Shown here: positions 61,244 through 64,000 of the stretch, piece by piece
Position numbering within the stretch: position 1 is the stretch's first letter
Layout of the letters: each line of letters begins with the position of its first letter
Notes under the pieces: generated by a model
Told to the model about the DNA's origin: nothing
The model's input: only the letters and a program-made list of their open reading frames with translations
The model's database searches: none
Made by a program: the position numbers and the translations under genes
Assembly (NCBI RefSeq): GCF_004010195.1
Contig: NC_057750.1
Coordinates: 6,999,696-7,063,695, forward strand
DNA: 64,000 nt
From: Chiloscyllium plagiosum
Taxonomy: Eukaryota
Reading direction: 5' to 3'

Positions 61244-61373
61244 CAGGGCAACCTTGGTTGTCCGACTTTCAGATTATCCGAACAAGACCTCAAGGTCCCG
61301 TTGCTTGGGTACGCTGTGTTGCCCAAGCCCAATATTCGCTGCCCGTGTCGTTTGGATAATCGAGGTTGCGCTG
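61244..61373. mobile_element. MITE related to 5323-5496
   Basis: Ends cagggcaaccttggttgtcc / ggataatcgaggttgcgctg; shares the internal gcccgtgtc sequence in reverse orientation. Confidence 0.75.
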
Positions 61374-63434
61374 TGGTCTTACTGGGCTGAACAACGTCCT
61401 GGTGTGCATGATTCTGACTCATCCCAGAGGAATTTGCCTTTGACTTTCGCTCCCGTGACTTACGTAGCAGAAAGCAGTGTCCACTGGAGCACAGTAAGAT
61501 CCCATGAATAGTGTTGATATGGGTCCCCGGCTGCGGTTTTCGCTGGCCTCTTCAAGGGCAAGCGTGGGCCATTTAAGTCAGAAAAACCTGTTGGTACAGG
61601 TCTCGTCAAGACCCATCCAATGTTAGGCTAAAATGTGTGTTACCAACTTTTACAGCGGTCAGGAGAGATGGGGAGGGGGAAGAGGAAGGATTCAGATATC
61701 CCTGGCTCGGCCAGCCTTTATTGTCCATCCCTTATTGCCCCCTTCAGAAGGTGGTGGTAGCTGACTTATTGAACCGCTGCAGTCCGTGTGCTGTAGGAAT
61801 ACTCACGATTCCCTTAGTGAGGGAATTCAAGGGTTTTGACCCAGCGACAGGAATGGAACGGCGATATATTTCCCAGTCAGGGTGGTGAGTGGAGGGGAAC
61901 TTGCAGGGGGGCGGTGTTCCCATGTGTCTGCTGCCCCTTGTCCTTCTGGATGGATGTGGTCATCGGTTCGGAATGTTCTGTCTGACAGGTTAACTCAGTG
62001 TATCTATGACTCTGTATGAGGCGGAGAATCTGGAGACTTTAACTCTCAGCTGCTGTTTGAAGCCAAGCCCGTGACATCTTTCAGAAAAGGAATGGGAGGT
62101 CTGCTCGAAAGGTTAAAAAGTATTGAAGGGGATGAGCAGCAAAGTGAGATTACACAGGGCTGCTGTTGAGAAAACCATTGAGCCACATAACCCAGGCAGA
62201 ATACCCTCGTACTGTGTCTTGGGAGAGTCACTGAATCAAAGTGAGGGCTGGTGAGATTCTCTCTGTGCTGAGTCTCTAGGTGATGTGTTTAAGAATTGGA
62301 ACTTGTGAGAGAGTAATCTGTGAGTTTGAGTGGTAGGCGAGAGGGTGGTGCCCAGGAAACCGCAGTGATATTGAGACGGCGCTCTGGCCTGGGTCTGACA
62401 TGATCGTACATGCGGACTAGTCGTTACTGAAGGGCAAGTACAGAACTGCAACATTGCTCAACTCTGAATAAGCAACATTTTTTAAAGAAAATAAGTTCTT
62501 TTTAAGTCATGAACATGCCTGCTTCTGTTTGTCTGAGCAGTTTACATCTCCTTTAGCGCACACCCCTGACCAGGAGAGAACCTGGGGAGGAGGAGGTAGG
62601 TTTGAGAAGTTCCTGTTGGATACCCGTGACCAAAAAGGTTCCTTCAGTTACAATTATATCTGACCCTTCCCTTCATCGGGTTTATATTTAAAAGAGAAAC
62701 AGTCATTTTTTTTTTGGTGTATGCATTGCGACATCTGCTTTGTCAACAAATCTTTCTTGTTGCTTATTCGCGGACACAGCCTATGTTTTCTTTATAAAGG
62801 ATGGAACTTTCATTTGCATAGCGCCTGTCGTGACCTCTGGGTGTTCCCAGAACGCTCCGCAGTGCTGTGGTATGTAAACAAGGAGCAGGAGTGGGTCACT
62901 GTGCAGCTGTTAACTGTCAGTTAACGGGCATAATCAACAGGGCAACACCCCTACCAATCAGAGTCCACTTGCCAACCAATCAGCACTCTCCTGTGATACA
63001 ATCTAAAAGTCTGTTTTACCTCCAAGTTGGTTTTCTTGCAAGTTGTCCTGATGAGTTAAGATAAAAATCTTTGACAAAATAAGTCGTCTTTTCAACAGCA
63101 GTAATAATCTGAAGTTGCAAACCTATAGTAACCATGAAACCATCACTGATTTGTTGGGAAAAGCCATCTGGTTCACTAATATCCTTTTTTTTTAAGGGAA
63201 GGAAATCTGCCATCCTTACCTGGTCTGACCTGCGTGCAACTCCAGACCCACAGCAATGGTGTTGACTCATAACCGCTCTCTGGGCAAATAGGGACAGGCA
63301 ATAAACATTGGCCTGCTCAGTGACTGCCTCGTCCGGTGAATTAATTTTTAAAAAAATTCACGGGCACCATGTTGGGTTTTCAACATGGGGAATATATAGA
63401 TATAATACCTGAATATGTTAATGGCAGCTTTCAT

Positions 63435-64000
63435 AGACTATAACACATTACAGCGCAGTGCAGGTCCTTTGGCTCTCAATGGTTCCATACGTCGGCACAC
63501 CCATCTGAAGCCCATCGAATCTACACTATTCCATTCTTATCCATATGTTTATCCAATACCCATTTAAATGCCCTTAAAGTTGGCGAGTCCACTATTGTTG
63601 CAGGCCGGGCATTCCACGCCTTTACTATTCTGAGTAAAGAACCTACCTCTGACATCTCTCCTATATCTATCACCCCTCAATTTAAAGCTATGTCCCCTCG
63701 TGCTAGCCATCACCATCCGAGGAAAAAGGCTCACTGTCCACCCTATCTAACTCCATGATCTTGTATGTCTCTATTAAGTGATATCTCAACTTTCTTTAAT
63801 GAAAACAGCCTTCAGTCCCTCGACCTTTCCTCATAAGACCTTCCCTACATACCAGGCAACATCCTAGTAAATCTCCTCTGAACCAGAACTGTACGCGATA
63901 CTCCAGGTTCAGCCGCACCAGAGTTTTGTACAGCTGCAACATGACCTCGTGGCTCTGAAACTCAATCCCTCTACCAATAAAAGCTAACACACCGTATGCC
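63435..64000 (-). mobile_element. CR1-clade LINE 3' fragment continuing past the window end
   Basis: MLAFIGRGIEFQSHEVMLQLYKTLVRLNLEYRVQFW. Confidence 0.85.

Overview
Repeat-rich vertebrate genomic DNA, almost certainly from a shark or other cartilaginous fish: it carries HE1-type tRNA SINEs, CR1/HER1 LINEs and Penelope-derived hairpin elements. The first half holds ten + strand coding exons (1759-31196) that splice in frame with canonical GT-AG sites. They encode bHLH helix 2, a long acidic/Ser-rich linker and an HMG box, which I recognise as MEIOSIN (BHMG1), the STRA8 partner that initiates meiosis. The N-terminal exons lie upstream of the window, and the central HMG exon is missing, probably inside a 500-N gap (29279-29778). 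The second half has no convincing multi-exon gene. It contains a possible antisense exon (32665-32793), a decayed LTR-like element with twin NF-kB motifs (about 37160-40680) and a repeat-poor promoter-like island ending in ATGAG|GT (47774), possibly an Ena/VASP first exon. The most notable non-genic signal is a set of short Penelope-derived insertions with 14-16 bp target-site duplications. They carry minimal hammerhead-ribozyme cores (CUGANGA...GAAA), and one forms a perfect 97-bp-arm hairpin with a ribozyme motif on each strand. All identifications were made by eye from recalled family motifs; no database searches were run.
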